Assembly (NCBI RefSeq): GCF_963506605.1
Contig: NC_083288.1
Coordinates: 53,692,001-53,756,000, forward strand
Length of the DNA stretch: 64,000 nt
From: Zootoca vivipara
Taxonomy: Eukaryota
Direction of reading: 5' to 3'
How positions within the stretch are numbered: position 1 is the first letter of the stretch; every line of letters starts with the position of its first letter. A program made the translations under genes and the position numbers. A model generated the notes under the pieces. That model was given only the letters and a program-made list of their open reading frames with translations. It was not told the DNA's origin and ran no database searches. Positions 24,704-37,300 of the stretch are shown here, piece after piece.

Positions 24704-24829
24704 CCACTTGGACTTCATTCTTTGCCTCTTCGCAACGCTGCCCAATATAGGGAGAAGGACAGTGACAACGACCCTCGACAAGCACTCCTCCATTAAGGCA
24801 CCCGAGAGGGGCAACTGTGGTGGAAGAAG
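24704..24829 (-). CDS. Mucin module A EGF1 exon
   Basis: SSTTVAPLGCLNGGVLVEGRCHCPSPYIGQRCEEAKNEVQV; 126 nt. Confidence 0.9.
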
Positions 24830-25378
24830 CTGGATAAGAGGAAGAAAACAGAACATTAACAACATTTTTTTAAAAAGCCAACAAAAGAGCCCTCATATCA
24901 GGATCCAACAATTTATATGCTCTACCACTGAAAGTGATTATTTCTAAGAATGTCCAGTGAAGGTGCAAGAGCAATAAAAATGATAAATTCAATTAGAATT
25001 TATCAGAAAATAAAAAAGTGTTGCCTAAAGTGCTTGCTGAAAGCAACAAAGCCTCTACAGGTGTCTGACGTTCAGTAAAGAAGAGGTCTCAGCCAAGAGA
25101 TAGTTCCACAGAACTGGGCCATAATTCTGAACACAGACCTCATGCGGGATGCCTAACGCATGGGGAACCACTTAGAGCCACTCCCACAAAGACGGGAGTG
25201 ATCTATCAGGGATATAACGCATCAAACGGTATTGAAGATTTTTTAAAGGCCTTACAAATTAATACAATAACTTTGTAGTTGGCCCAGTAGCATATGGGCT
25301 GCATGTGTAAACTGTTAAGCACTGGAATTATGTGCTGGGAGATAAACATCATTTCCATATGATTACACAGATACTTAC

Positions 25379-28300
25379 CAGATGAAGTTCTAAGCTGTGA
25401 ATTAGTTGATGTGCGTCCACGAGTAGTGGTGGAAGGTGAAGATGCCTTGGCGGTGGATATTTTGGTAGTAGTATAAGCAAAAGGCGTTAATGTAGTGGGC
25501 AACAATGTTGGGGTCATTTCTGATATGCTAGTAGTAGAGTGTGTGGTTATGGTCTCAGTGATGGATGCAGATGATAATGTTGTATTGGAAGTGATTTGTG
25601 CAACAACAGTGGTAAAAGTCTCTGTACTTCTTTCAAGGGATGTTGATAAATGAGATGTTCCACTAGGAGCAATTTCAGTGCTAGCAGATCCATGATAGGT
25701 TGTGGAAGTTGTAAGCAGTGAGGAGCTCCCTTCTGGTGTACGGGAGTAATCAATTGTGGTGTTGGTGCTAGCAGATATCATGGCTGCAGTTGTCTCAGAT
25801 TGCTCAGAACTGGAAGTAAAAGGGGTGATGGATGAAATAGGTGTTGTGGTCTCACTAGTTGTGGTTGTAGTTTCAGAAGTCAGCACACTGGAGGAGGCAG
25901 ACATTGTTGACCGAGAAGAGAGCTGTTTTGTGGAGGGTTGCTCAGTGGTGGAAGAAATAGACATCACTGTGTACTCAGATGAGGTTTCTTGTTGTGTAGT
26001 CTGCTTCACGTGCTCAGTGGGTGTGTTTGTGCTTGAAGTCAGTGTGGGTGCAGTCGTCTCAGAAGGCTCAGAACTGGAAGTAAAAGGAGTCACGGATGGA
26101 GTGGGTGTCGTACTCTCAGTAGTAGTGCTTGTACTTTCAGAGGTCAACTCACTGGAGGATATGGACAATGTTGACTGAGAAGACACCTCTGTTGTGGATG
26201 ATTGTTCAGTGGTGGAAGAACTAGACATCATTGTGTACTCAGATGAGGTTCCTTGTGGTGTAGTCTGCTTGAAGTGCTCAGTGGGTGTGTTTGTTCTTGA
26301 AGTTAGTGTGGGTGCAGTAGTCTCAGAAGGCTCAGAACTGGAAGTAAAAGGAGTAATGGATGGAGTAGGTGTTGGACTCTCAGTAGTAGTGTGTGTAGTT
26401 TCAGAGGTCAACTCGATGGAGGAGGCAGACATTGTTGACTGAGAAGACAGCTGTTTTGTGGAGGGTTGCTCAGTGGGGGAAGAAATAGACATAACTGTGT
26501 ACTCAGATGAGGTTCCTTGTGGTGTAGTGTGCTTGAAGTGCTCAGTGGGTGTGTTGGTGCTTAAAGATAGGAAGGGTGCAGTCGTCTCAGAAGGCTCAGA
26601 ACTGGAAGTAAAAGGAGTAATGGATGGAGTAGGTGTCGTACTCTCAGTAGTAGTGCTTGTACTTTCAGAGGTCAACTCACTGGAGGATATGGACAATGTT
26701 GACTGAGAAGACACCTCTGTTGTGGATGATTGTTCAGGGGTGGAAGAACTAGACATCACTGTGTACTCAGATGAGGTTCCTTGTGGTGTAGTCTGCTTGA
26801 AGTGCTCAGTGGGTGTGTTTGTGCTTGAAGTTAGTGTGGGTGCAGTTGTCTCAGAAGGCTCAGAACTGGAAGTAAAAGGAGTAATGGATGGAGTAGGTTT
26901 CGTACTCACAGTAGTAGTGTTTGTAGTTTCAGAGGTCATCTCGATGGAGGAGGCAGACATTGTTGACTGAGAAGACAGCTCTTTTGTGGAGGGTTGCTCA
27001 GTGGTGGAAGAAATAGACATAACTGTGTACTCAGATGAGGTTTCTTGTGGTGTAGTGTGCTTGAAGTGCTCAGTGGGTGTGTTGGTGCTTAAAGATAGGA
27101 AGGGTGCAGTCGTCTCAGAAGGCTCAGAACTGGAAGTAAAAGGAGTCATGGATGGAGTGGGTGTTGTACTCTCAGTAGTAGTGCTTGTAGTTTCAGAGGT
27201 CACCTCACTGGAGGATGTGGACAATGTTGACTGAGAAGACACCTCTGTTGTGGAGGGTTGCTCAGTGGTGGAAGAACTAGACATCACTGTGTACTCAGAT
27301 GAGGTTCCTTGTGGTGTAGTTTGCTTCACGTGCTCAGTGGGTGTGTTTGTGTTAGAAGTTAGTGTAGGTGCAGTTGTCTCAGAAGGCTGAGAACTGGAAG
27401 TAAAAGGAGTCACGGATGGAGTGGGTGTTGTACTCTCAGTAGTAGTGCTTGTACTTTCAGAGATCAACTCACTGGAGGATATGGACAATGTTGACTGAGA
27501 AGACACCTCTGTTGTGGAGGGTTGCTCAGTGGTGGAAGAACTAGACATCACTGTGTACTCAGATGAGGTTCCTTGTGGTGTAGTCTGCTTGAAGTGCTCA
27601 GTGGGTGTTTTGGTGCTTGAAGTTAGTGTGGGTGCAGTTGTCTCAGAAGGCTTGGAACTCGAAGTAAAAGGAGTCACGGATGGAGTGGGTGTTGTTCTCT
27701 CAGTAGTAGTGCTTGTACTTTCAGAGATCAACTTACTGGAGGATATGGACAATGTTGACTGAGAAGACACCTCTGTTGTAGAGGGTTGCTCAGTGGTGGA
27801 AGAACTAGACATCTCTGTGTACTCAGATGAGGTTCCTTGTGGTGTCGTCTGCTTCACGTGCTCAGTGGGTGTGTTTGTGCTTGAAGTTAGTGTGGGTGCG
27901 GTTGTCTCAGAAGGCTCAGAACTGGAAGTAAAAGGAGTAATGGATGGAGTAGGTGTCGTACGCTCAGTAGTAGTGTTTATTGTTTCAGAGGTCAACTCGA
28001 TGGAGGAGGCAGACATTGTTGACTGAGAAAACAGCTCTTTTGTGGAGGGTTGCTCAGTGGTGGAAGAAATAGACATAACTGTGTACTCAGATGAGGTTTC
28101 TTGTGGTGTAGTCTGCCTGAAGTGCTCAGTGGGTGTGTTTGTGCTTGAAGTTAGTGTGGGTGCAGTTGTCTCAGAAGGCTTGGAACTCGAAGTAAAAGGA
28201 GTCACGGATGGAGTGGGTGTTGTACTCTCAGTAGTAGTGCTTGTACTTTCAGAGATCAACTCACTGGAGGATATGGACAATGTTGACTGAGAAGACACCT

Positions 28301-31300
28301 CTGTTGTGGAGGGTTGCTCAGTGGTGGAAGAACTAGACATCACTGTGTACTCAGATGAGGTTCCTTGTGGTGTAGTCTGCTTCACTTGCTCAGTGGGTGT
28401 GTTTGTGCTTGAGGCTAGTGTGGGTGCAGTTGTCTCAGAAGGCTCAGAACTGGAAGTAAAAGGAGTAATGGATGGAGTAGGGGTCGTACTCTCAGCAGTA
28501 GTGTTTGTAGTTTCAGAGGTCAACTCGATGGAGGAGGCAGACATTGTTGACTGAGAAGACAGCTGTTTAGTGGAGGGTTGCTCAGTGGTGGAAGAACTAG
28601 ACATAACTGTGTACTCAGATGAGGTTCCTTGTGGTGTAGTCTGCTTCACTTGCTCAGTGGGTGTGTTGGTGCTTAAAGATAGGAAGGGTGCAGTCGTCTC
28701 AGAAGGCTCAGAACTGGAAGTAAAAGGAGTAATGGATGGAGTAGGTGTCGTGCTCACAGTAGTAGTGTTTGTAGTTTCAGAGGTCAACTCGATGGAGGAG
28801 GCAGACAATGTTGACTGAGAAGACAGCTGTTTTGTGGAGGGTTGCTCAGTGGTGGAAGAAATAGACATAACTGTGTACTCAGATGAGGTTTCTTGTGGTG
28901 TAGTCTGCTTCACGTGCTCAGTGGGTGCATTTGTGCTTAAAGATAGGAAGGGTGCAGTCGTCTCAGAAGGCTCAGAACTGGAAGTAAAAGGAGTCATAGA
29001 TGGAGTGGGTGTTGTACTCTCAGTAGTAGTGCTTGTAGTTTCAGAGGTCACCTCACTGGAGGATGTGGACAATGTTGACTGAGAAGACACCTCTGTTGTG
29101 GATGATTGTTCAGGGGTGGAAGAACTAGACATCACTGTGTACTCAGATGAGGTTCCTTGTGGTGTAGTCTGCTTCACGTGCTCAGTGGGTGTGTTTGTGT
29201 TAGAAGTTAGTGTGGGTGCAGTTGTCTCAGAAGGCTGAGAACTGGAAGTAAAAGGAGTCACGGATGGAGTGGGTGTTGTACTCTCAGTAGTAGTGCTTGT
29301 ACTTTCAGAGATCAACTCACTGGAGGATATGGACAATGTTGACTGAGAAGACACCTCTGTTGTGGAGGGTTGCTCAGTGGTGGAAGAACTATACATCACT
29401 GTGTACTCAGATGAGGTTCCTTGTGGTGTAGTCTGCTTGAAGTGCTCAGTGGGTGTTTTGGTGCTTGAAGTTAGTGTGGGTGCAGTTGTCTCAGAAGGCT
29501 TGGAACTCGAAGTAAAAGGAGTCACGGATGGAGTGGGTGTTGTACTCTCAGTAGTAGTGCTTGTACTTTCAGAGATCAACTTACTGGAGGATATGGACAA
29601 TGTTGACTGAGAAGACACCTCTGTTGTAGAGGGTTGCTCAGTGGTGGAAGAACTAGACATCTCTGTGTACTCAGATGAGGTTCCTTGTGGTGTCGTCTGC
29701 TTCACGTGCTCAGTGGGTGTGTTTGTGCTTGAAGTTAGTGTGGGTGCAGTTGTCTCAGAAGGCTTGGAACTCAAAGTAAAAGGAGTCACGGATGGAGTGG
29801 GTGTTGTACTCTCAGTAGTAGTGCTTGTACTTTCAGAGGTCAACTCGATGGAGGAGGCAGACATTGTTGACTGAGAAGACAGCTGTTTAGTGGAGGGTTG
29901 CTCAGTGGTGGAAGAACTAGACATAACTGTGTACTCAGATGAGGTTCCTTGTGGTGTAGTCTGCTTCACGTGCTCAGTGGGTGCATTTGTGCTTAAAGAT
30001 AGGAAGGGTGCAGTCGTCTCAGAAGGCTCAGAACTGGAAGTAAAAGGAGTCATAGATGGAGTAGGTGTCGTACTCACAGTAGTAGTGTTTGTAGTTTCAG
30101 AGGTCATCTCGATGGAGGAGGCAGACATTGTTGACTGAGAAGACAGCTGTTTTGTGGAGGGTTGCTCAGTAGTCGAAGAAATAGACATAACTGTGTACTC
30201 AGATGAGGTTTCTTGTGGTGTAGTCTGCTTCACGTGCTCAGTGGGTGCATTTGTGCTTAAAGATAGGAAGGGTGCAGTCGTCTCAAAAGGCTCAGAACTG
30301 GAAGTAAAAGGAGTCATGGATGGAGTGGGTGTTGTACTCTCAGTAGTAGTGCTTGTAGTTTCAGAGGTCAACTCACTGGAGGATATGGAAAATGTTGACT
30401 GAGAAGACACCTCTGTTGTGGAGGGTTGTTCAGGGGTGGAAGAACTAGGCATCACTGTGTACTCAGATGAGGTTCCTTGTGGTGTAGTCTGCTTGAAGTG
30501 CTCAGTGGGTGTGTTTATGCTTGAAGTTAGTGTGGGTGCAGTTGTCTCAGAAGGCTCAGAACTGGAAGTAAAAGGAGTCATGGATGGAGTAGGGGTCGTA
30601 CTCTCAGTGGTAGTGTTTGTAGTTTCAGAGGTCATCTCGATGGAGGAGGCAGACATTGTTGACTGAGAAGACAGCTCTTTTGTGGATGATTGTTCAGCGG
30701 TGGAAGAACTAGACATCACTGTGTACTCAGATGCGGTTCCTTGTGGTGTAGTGTTCTTGAAGTGCTCAGTGGGTGTGTTGGTGCTTAAAGATAGGAAGGG
30801 TGCAGTCGTCTCAGAAGGCTCAGAACTGGAAGTAAAAGGAGTAATGGATGGAGTAGGTGTCGTGCTCACAGTAGTAGTGTTTGTAGTTTCAGAGGTCAAC
30901 TCGATGGAGGAGGCAGACATTGTTGACTGAGAAAACAGCTCTTTTGTGGAGGGTTGCTCAGTGGTGGAAGAAATAGACATAACTGTGTACTCAGATGAGG
31001 TTTCTTGTGGTGTAGTCTGCTTCACGTGCTCAGTGGGTGCATTTGTGCTTAAAGATAGGAAGGGTGCAGTCGTCTCAGAAGGCTCAGAACTGGAAGTAAA
31101 AGGAGTCATAGATGGAGTGGGTGTTGTACTCTCAGTAGTAGTGCTTGTAGTTTCAGAGGTCACCTCACTGGAGGATGTGGACAATGTTGACTGAGAAGAC
31201 ACCTCTGTTGTGGATGATTGTTCAGGGGTGGAAGAACTAGACATCACTGTGTACTCAGATGAGGTTCCTTGTGGTGTAGTCTGCTTCACGTGCTCAGTGG

Positions 31301-34300
31301 GTGTGTTTGTGTTAGAAGTTAGTGTGGGTGCAGTTGTCTCAGAAGGCTGAGAACTGGAAGTAAAAGGAGTCATGGATGGAGTAGGGGTCGTACTCTCAGT
31401 GGTAGTGTTTGTAGTTTCAGAGGTCATCTCGATGGAGGAGGCAGACATTGTTGACTGAGAAGACAGCTCTTTTGTGGATGATTGTTCAGCGGTGGAAGAA
31501 CTAGACATCACTGTGTACTCAGATGCGGTTCCTTGTGGTGTAGTGTTCTTGAAGTGCTCAGTGGGTGTGTTGGTGCTTAAAGATAGGAAGGGTGCAGTCG
31601 TCTCAGAAGGCTCAGAACTGGAAGTAAAAGGAGTAATGGATGGAGTAGGTGTCGTGCTCACAGTAGTAGTGTTTGTAGTTTCAGAGGTCAACTCGATGGA
31701 GGAGGCAGACATTGTTGACTGAGAAAACAGCTCTTTTGTGGAGGGTTGCTCAGTGGTGGAAGAAATAGACATAACTGTGTACTCAGATGAGGTTTCTTGT
31801 GGTGTAGTCTGCTTCACGTGCTCAGTGGGTGCATTTGTGCTTAAAGATAGGAAGGGTGCAGTCGTCTCAGAAGGCTCAGAACTGGAAGTAAAAGGAGTCA
31901 TAGATGGAGTGGGTGTTGTACTCTCAGTAGTAGTGCTTGTAGTTTCAGAGGTCACCTCACTGGAGGATGTGGACAATGTTGACTGAGAAGACACCTCTGT
32001 TGTGGATGATTGTTCAGGGGTGGAAGAACTAGACATCACTGTGTACTCAGATGAGGTTCCTTGTGGTGTAGTCTGCTTCACGTGCTCAGTGGGTGTGTTT
32101 GTGTTAGAAGTTAGTGTGGGTGCAGTTGTCTCAGAAGGCTGAGAACTGGAAGTAAAAGGAGTCACGGATGGAGTGGGTGTTGTACTCTCAGTAGTAGTGC
32201 TTGTACTTTCAGAGATCAACTCACTGGAGGATATGGACAATGTTGACTGAGAAGACACCTCTGTTGTGGAGGGTTGCTCAGTGGTGGAAGAACTATACAT
32301 CACTGTGTACTCAGATGAGGTTCCTTGTGGTGTAGTCTGCTTGAAGTGCTCAGTGGGTGTTTTGGTGCTTGAAGTTAGTGTGGGTGCAGTTGTCTCAGAA
32401 GGCTTGGAACTCGAAGTAAAAGGAGTCACGGATGGAGTGGGTGTTGTACTCTCAGTAGTAGTGCTTGTACTTTCAGAGATCAACTTACTGGAGGATATGG
32501 ACAATGTTGACTGAGAAGACACCTCTGTTGTAGAGGGTTGCTCAGTGGTGGAAGAACTAGACATCTCTGTGTACTCAGATGAGGTTCCTTGTGGTGTCGT
32601 CTGCTTCACGTGCTCAGTGGGTGTGTTTGTGCTTGAAGTTAGTGTGGGTGCAGTTGTCTCAGAAGGCTTGGAACTCAAAGTAAAAGGAGTCACGGATGGA
32701 GTGGGTGTTGTACTCTCAGTAGTAGTGCTTGTACTTTCAGAGGTCAACTCGATGGAGGAGGCAGACATTGTTGACTGAGAAGACAGCTGTTTAGTGGAGG
32801 GTTGCTCAGTGGTGGAAGAACTAGACATAACTGTGTACTCAGATGAGGTTCCTTGTGGTGTAGTCTGCTTCACGTGCTCAGTGGGTGCATTTGTGCTTAA
32901 AGATAGGAAGGGTGCAGTCGTCTCAGAAGGCTCAGAACTGGAAGTAAAAGGAGTCATAGATGGAGTAGGTGTCGTACTCACAGTAGTAGTGTTTGTAGTT
33001 TCAGAGGTCAACTCACTGGAGGATATGGAAAATGTTGACTGAGAAGACACCTCTGTTGTGGAGGGTTGTTCAGGGGTGGAAGAACTAGGCATCACTGTGT
33101 ACTCAGATGAGGTTCCTTGTGGTGTAGTCTGCTTGAAGTGCTCAGTGGGTGTGTTTATGCTTGAAGTTAGTGTGGGTGCAGTTGTCTCAGAAGGCTCAGA
33201 ACTGGAAGTAAAAGGAGTCATGGATGGAGTAGGGGTCGTACTCTCAGTGGTAGTGTTTGTAGTTTCAGAGGTCAACTCGATGGAGGAGGCAGACATTGTT
33301 GACTGAGAAGACACCTCTGTTGTGGATGATTCTTCAGGGGTGGAAGAACTAGACATCTCTGTGTACTCAGATGAGGTTCCTTGTGGTGTCGTCAGCTTCA
33401 CGTGCTCAGTGGGTGTGTTTGTGCTTGAAGTTAGTGTTGGTGCAGTTGTCTCAGAAGGCTTGGAACTCGAAGTAAAAGGAGTCACGGATGGAGTGGGTGT
33501 TGTACTCTCAGTAGTAGTGCTTGTAGTTTCAGAGGTCAACTCACTGGAGGATATGGACAATGTTGACTGAGAAGACACCTCTGTTGTGAATGATTGTTCA
33601 GGGGTGGAAGAACTAGACATCACTGTGTACTCAGATGAGGTTCCTTGTGGTGTAGTCTGCTTGAAGTGCTCAGTGGGTGTGTTTATGCTTGAAGTTAGTG
33701 TGGGTGCAGTTGTCTCAGAAGGCTCAGAACTGGAAGTAAAAGGAGTCATGGATGGAGTAGGGGTCGTACTCTCAGTAGTAGTGTTTGTAGTTTCAGAGGT
33801 CAACTCGATGGAGGAGGCAGACATTGTTGACTGAGAAGACACCTCTTTTGTGGATGATTGTTCAGGGGTGGAAGAACTAGACATCACTGTGTACTCAGAT
33901 GAGGTTCCTTGTGGTGTAGTCTGCTTCACGTGCTCAGGGGGTGTGTTTGTGTTAGAAGTTAGTGTGGGTGCTGTTGTCTCAGAAGGCTGAGAACTGGAAG
34001 TAAAAGGAGTCACGGATGGAGTGGGTGTTGTACTCTCAGTAGTAGTACTTGTACTTTCAGAGATCAACTCACTGGAGGATATGGACAATGTTGACTGAGA
34101 AGACACCTCTGTTGTGGAGGGTTGCTCAGTGGTGGAAGAACTAGACATCACTGTGTACTCAGATGAGGTTCCTTGTGGTGTAGTCTGCTTGAAGTGCTCA
34201 GTGGGTGTGTTGGTGTTAGAAGTTAGTGTGGGTGCAGTTGTCTCAGAAGGCTTGGAACTCGAAGTAAAAGGAGTCACGGATGGAGTGGGTGTTGTACTCT

Positions 34301-37300
34301 CAGTAGTAGTGCTTGTACTTTCAGAGATCAACTTACTGGAGGATATGGACAATGTTGACTGAGAAGACACCTCTGTTGTAGAGGGTTGCTCAGTGGTGGA
34401 AGAACTAGACATCTCTGTGTACTCAGATGAGGTTCCTTGTGGTGTCGTCTGCTTCACGTGCTCAGTGGGTGTGTTTGTGCTTGAAGTTAGTGTGGGTGCG
34501 GTTTTCTCAGAAGGCTCAGAACTGGAAGTAAAAGGAGTAATGGATGGAGTAGGTGTCGTACGCTCAGTAGTAGTGTTTATTGTTTCAGAGGTCAACTCGA
34601 TGGAGGAGGCAGACATTGTTGACTGAGAAAACAGCTCTTTTGTGGAGGGTTGCTCAGTGGTGGAAGAAATAGACATAACTGTGTACTCAGATGAGGTTTC
34701 TTGTGGTGTAGTCTGCTTCACGTGCTCAGTGGGTGCATTTGTGCTTAAAGATAGGAAGGGTGCAGTCGTCTCAGAAGGCTCAGAACTGGAAGTAAAAGGA
34801 GTCATAGATGGAGTGGGTGTTGTACTCTCAGTAGTAGTGCTTGTAGTTTCAGAGGTCACCTCACTGGAGGATGTGGACAATGTTGACTGAGAAGACACCT
34901 CTGTTGTGGATGATTGTTCAGGGGTGGAAGAACTAGACATCACTGTGTACTCAGATGAGGTTCCTTGTGGTGTAGTCTGCCTGAAGTGCTCAGTGGGTGT
35001 GTTTGTGCTTGAAGTTAGTGTGGGTGCAGTTGTCTCAGAAGGCTTGGAACTCGAAGTAAAAGGAGTCACGGATGGAGTGGGTGTTGTACTCTCAGTAGTA
35101 GTGCTTGTACTTTCAGAGATCAACTCACTGGAGGATATGGACAATGTTGACTGAGAAGACACCTCTGTTGTGGAGGGTTGCTCAGTGGTGGAAGAACTAG
35201 ACATCACTGTGTACTCAGATGAGGTTCCTTGTGGTGTAGTCTGCTTCACTTGCTCATTGGGTGTGTTTGTGCTTGAGGTTAGTGTGGGTGCAGTTGTCTC
35301 AGAAGGCTCAGAACTGGAAGTAAAAGGAGTAATGGATGGAGTAGGGGTCGTACTCTCAGCAGTAGTGTTTGTAGTTTCAGAGGTCAACTCGATGGAGGAG
35401 GCAGACATTGTTGACTGAGAAGACAGCTGTTTAGTGGAGGGTTGCTCAGTGGTGGAAGAACTAGACATAACTGTGTACTCAGATGAGGTTTCTTGTGGTG
35501 TAGTCTGCTTCACGTGCTCAGTGGGTGCATTTGTGCTTAAAGATAGGAAGGGTGCAGTCGTCTCAGAAGGCTCAGAACTGGAAGTAAAAGGAGTCATGGA
35601 TGGAGTGGGTGTTGTACTCTCAGTAGTAGTGCTTGTAGTTTCAGAGGTCAACTCACTGGAGGATATGGACAATGTTGACTGAGAAGACACCTCTGTTGTG
35701 GATGATTGTTCAGGGGTGGAAGAACTAGACATCACTGTGTACTCAGATGAGGTTCCTTGTGGTGTAGTCTGCTTGAAGTGCTCAGTGGGTGTGTTTGTGC
35801 TTGAAGTTAGTGTGGGTGCAGTTGTCTCAGAAGGCTCAGAACTGGAAGTAAAAGGAGTAATGGATGGAGTAGGTGTCGTACTCACAGTAGTAGTGTTTGT
35901 AGTTTCAGAGGTCAACTCGATGGAGGAGGCAGACATTGTTGACTGAGAAGACACCTCTTTTGTGGATGATTGTTCAGGGGTGGAAGAACTAGACATCACT
36001 GTGTACTCAGATGAGGTTCCTTGTGGTGTAGTCTGCTTCACGTGCTCAGGGGGTGTGTTTGTGTTAGAAGTTAGTGTGGGTGCAGTTGTCTCAGAAGGCT
36101 GAGAACTGGAAGTAAAAGGAGTCACGGATGGAGTGGGTGTTGTACTCTCAGTAGTAGTACTTGTACTTTCAGAGATCAACTCACTGGAGGATATGGACAA
36201 TGTTGACTGAGAAGACACCTCTGTTGTGGAGGGTTGCTCAGTGGTGGAAGAACTAGACATCACTGTGTACTCAGATGAGGTTCCTTGTGGTGTAGTCTGC
36301 TTGAAGTGCTCAGTGGGTGTGTTGGTGTTAGAAGTTAGTGTGGGTGCAGTTGTCTCAGAAGGCTTGGAACTCGAAGTAAAAGGAGTCACGGATGGAGTGG
36401 GTGTTGTACTCTCAGTAGTAGTACTTGTACTTTCAGAGATCAACTCACTGGAGGATATGGACAATGTTGACTGAGAAGACACCTCTGTTGTGGAGGGTTG
36501 CTCAGTGGTGGAAGAACTAGACATCACTGTGTACTCAGATGAGGTTCCTTGTGGTGTAGTCTGCTTGAAGTGCTCAGTGGGTTTGTTGGTGTTAGAAGTT
36601 AGTGTGGGTGCAGTTGTCTCAGAAGGCTTGGAACTCGAAGTAAAAGGAGTCACGGATGGAGTGGGTGTTGTTCTCTCAGTAGTAGTGCTTGTACTTTCAG
36701 AGATCAACTTACTGGAGGATATGGACAATGTTGACTGAGAAGACACCTCTGTTGTAGAGGGTTGCTCAGTGGTGGAAGAACTAGACATCTCTGTGTACTC
36801 AGATGAGGTTCCTTGTGGTGTCGTCTGCTTCACGTGCTCAGTGGGTGTGTTTGTGCTTGAAGTTAGTGTGGGTGCGGTTGTCTCAGAAGGCTCAGAACTG
36901 GAAGTAAAAGGAGTAATGGATGGAGTAGGTGTCGTACGCTCAGTAGTAGTGTTTATTGTTTCAGAGGTCAACTCGATGGAGGAGGCAGACATTGTTGACT
37001 GAGAAAACAGCTCTTTTGTGGAGGGTTGCTCAGTGGTGGAAGAAATAGACATAACTGTGTACTCAGATGAGGTTTCTTGTGGTGTAGTCTGCCTGAAGTG
37101 CTCAGTGGGTGTGTTTGTGCTTGAAGTTAGTGTGGGTGCAGTTGTCTCAGAAGGCTTGGAACTCGAAGTAAAAGGAGTCACGGATGGAGTGGGTGTTGTA
37201 CTCTCAGTAGTAGTGCTTGTACTTTCAGAGATCAACTCACTGGAGGATATGGACAATGTTGACTGAGAAGACACCTCTGTTGTGGAGGGTTGCTCAGTGG

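Noticed and set aside
25206-25378. C-terminal tail of the 7052-aa ORF (KYLCNHMEMMF...)
   Set aside because: Read-through into the intron past a consensus GTAAGT donor; the same intron sequence follows the paralogous exon at 20374.
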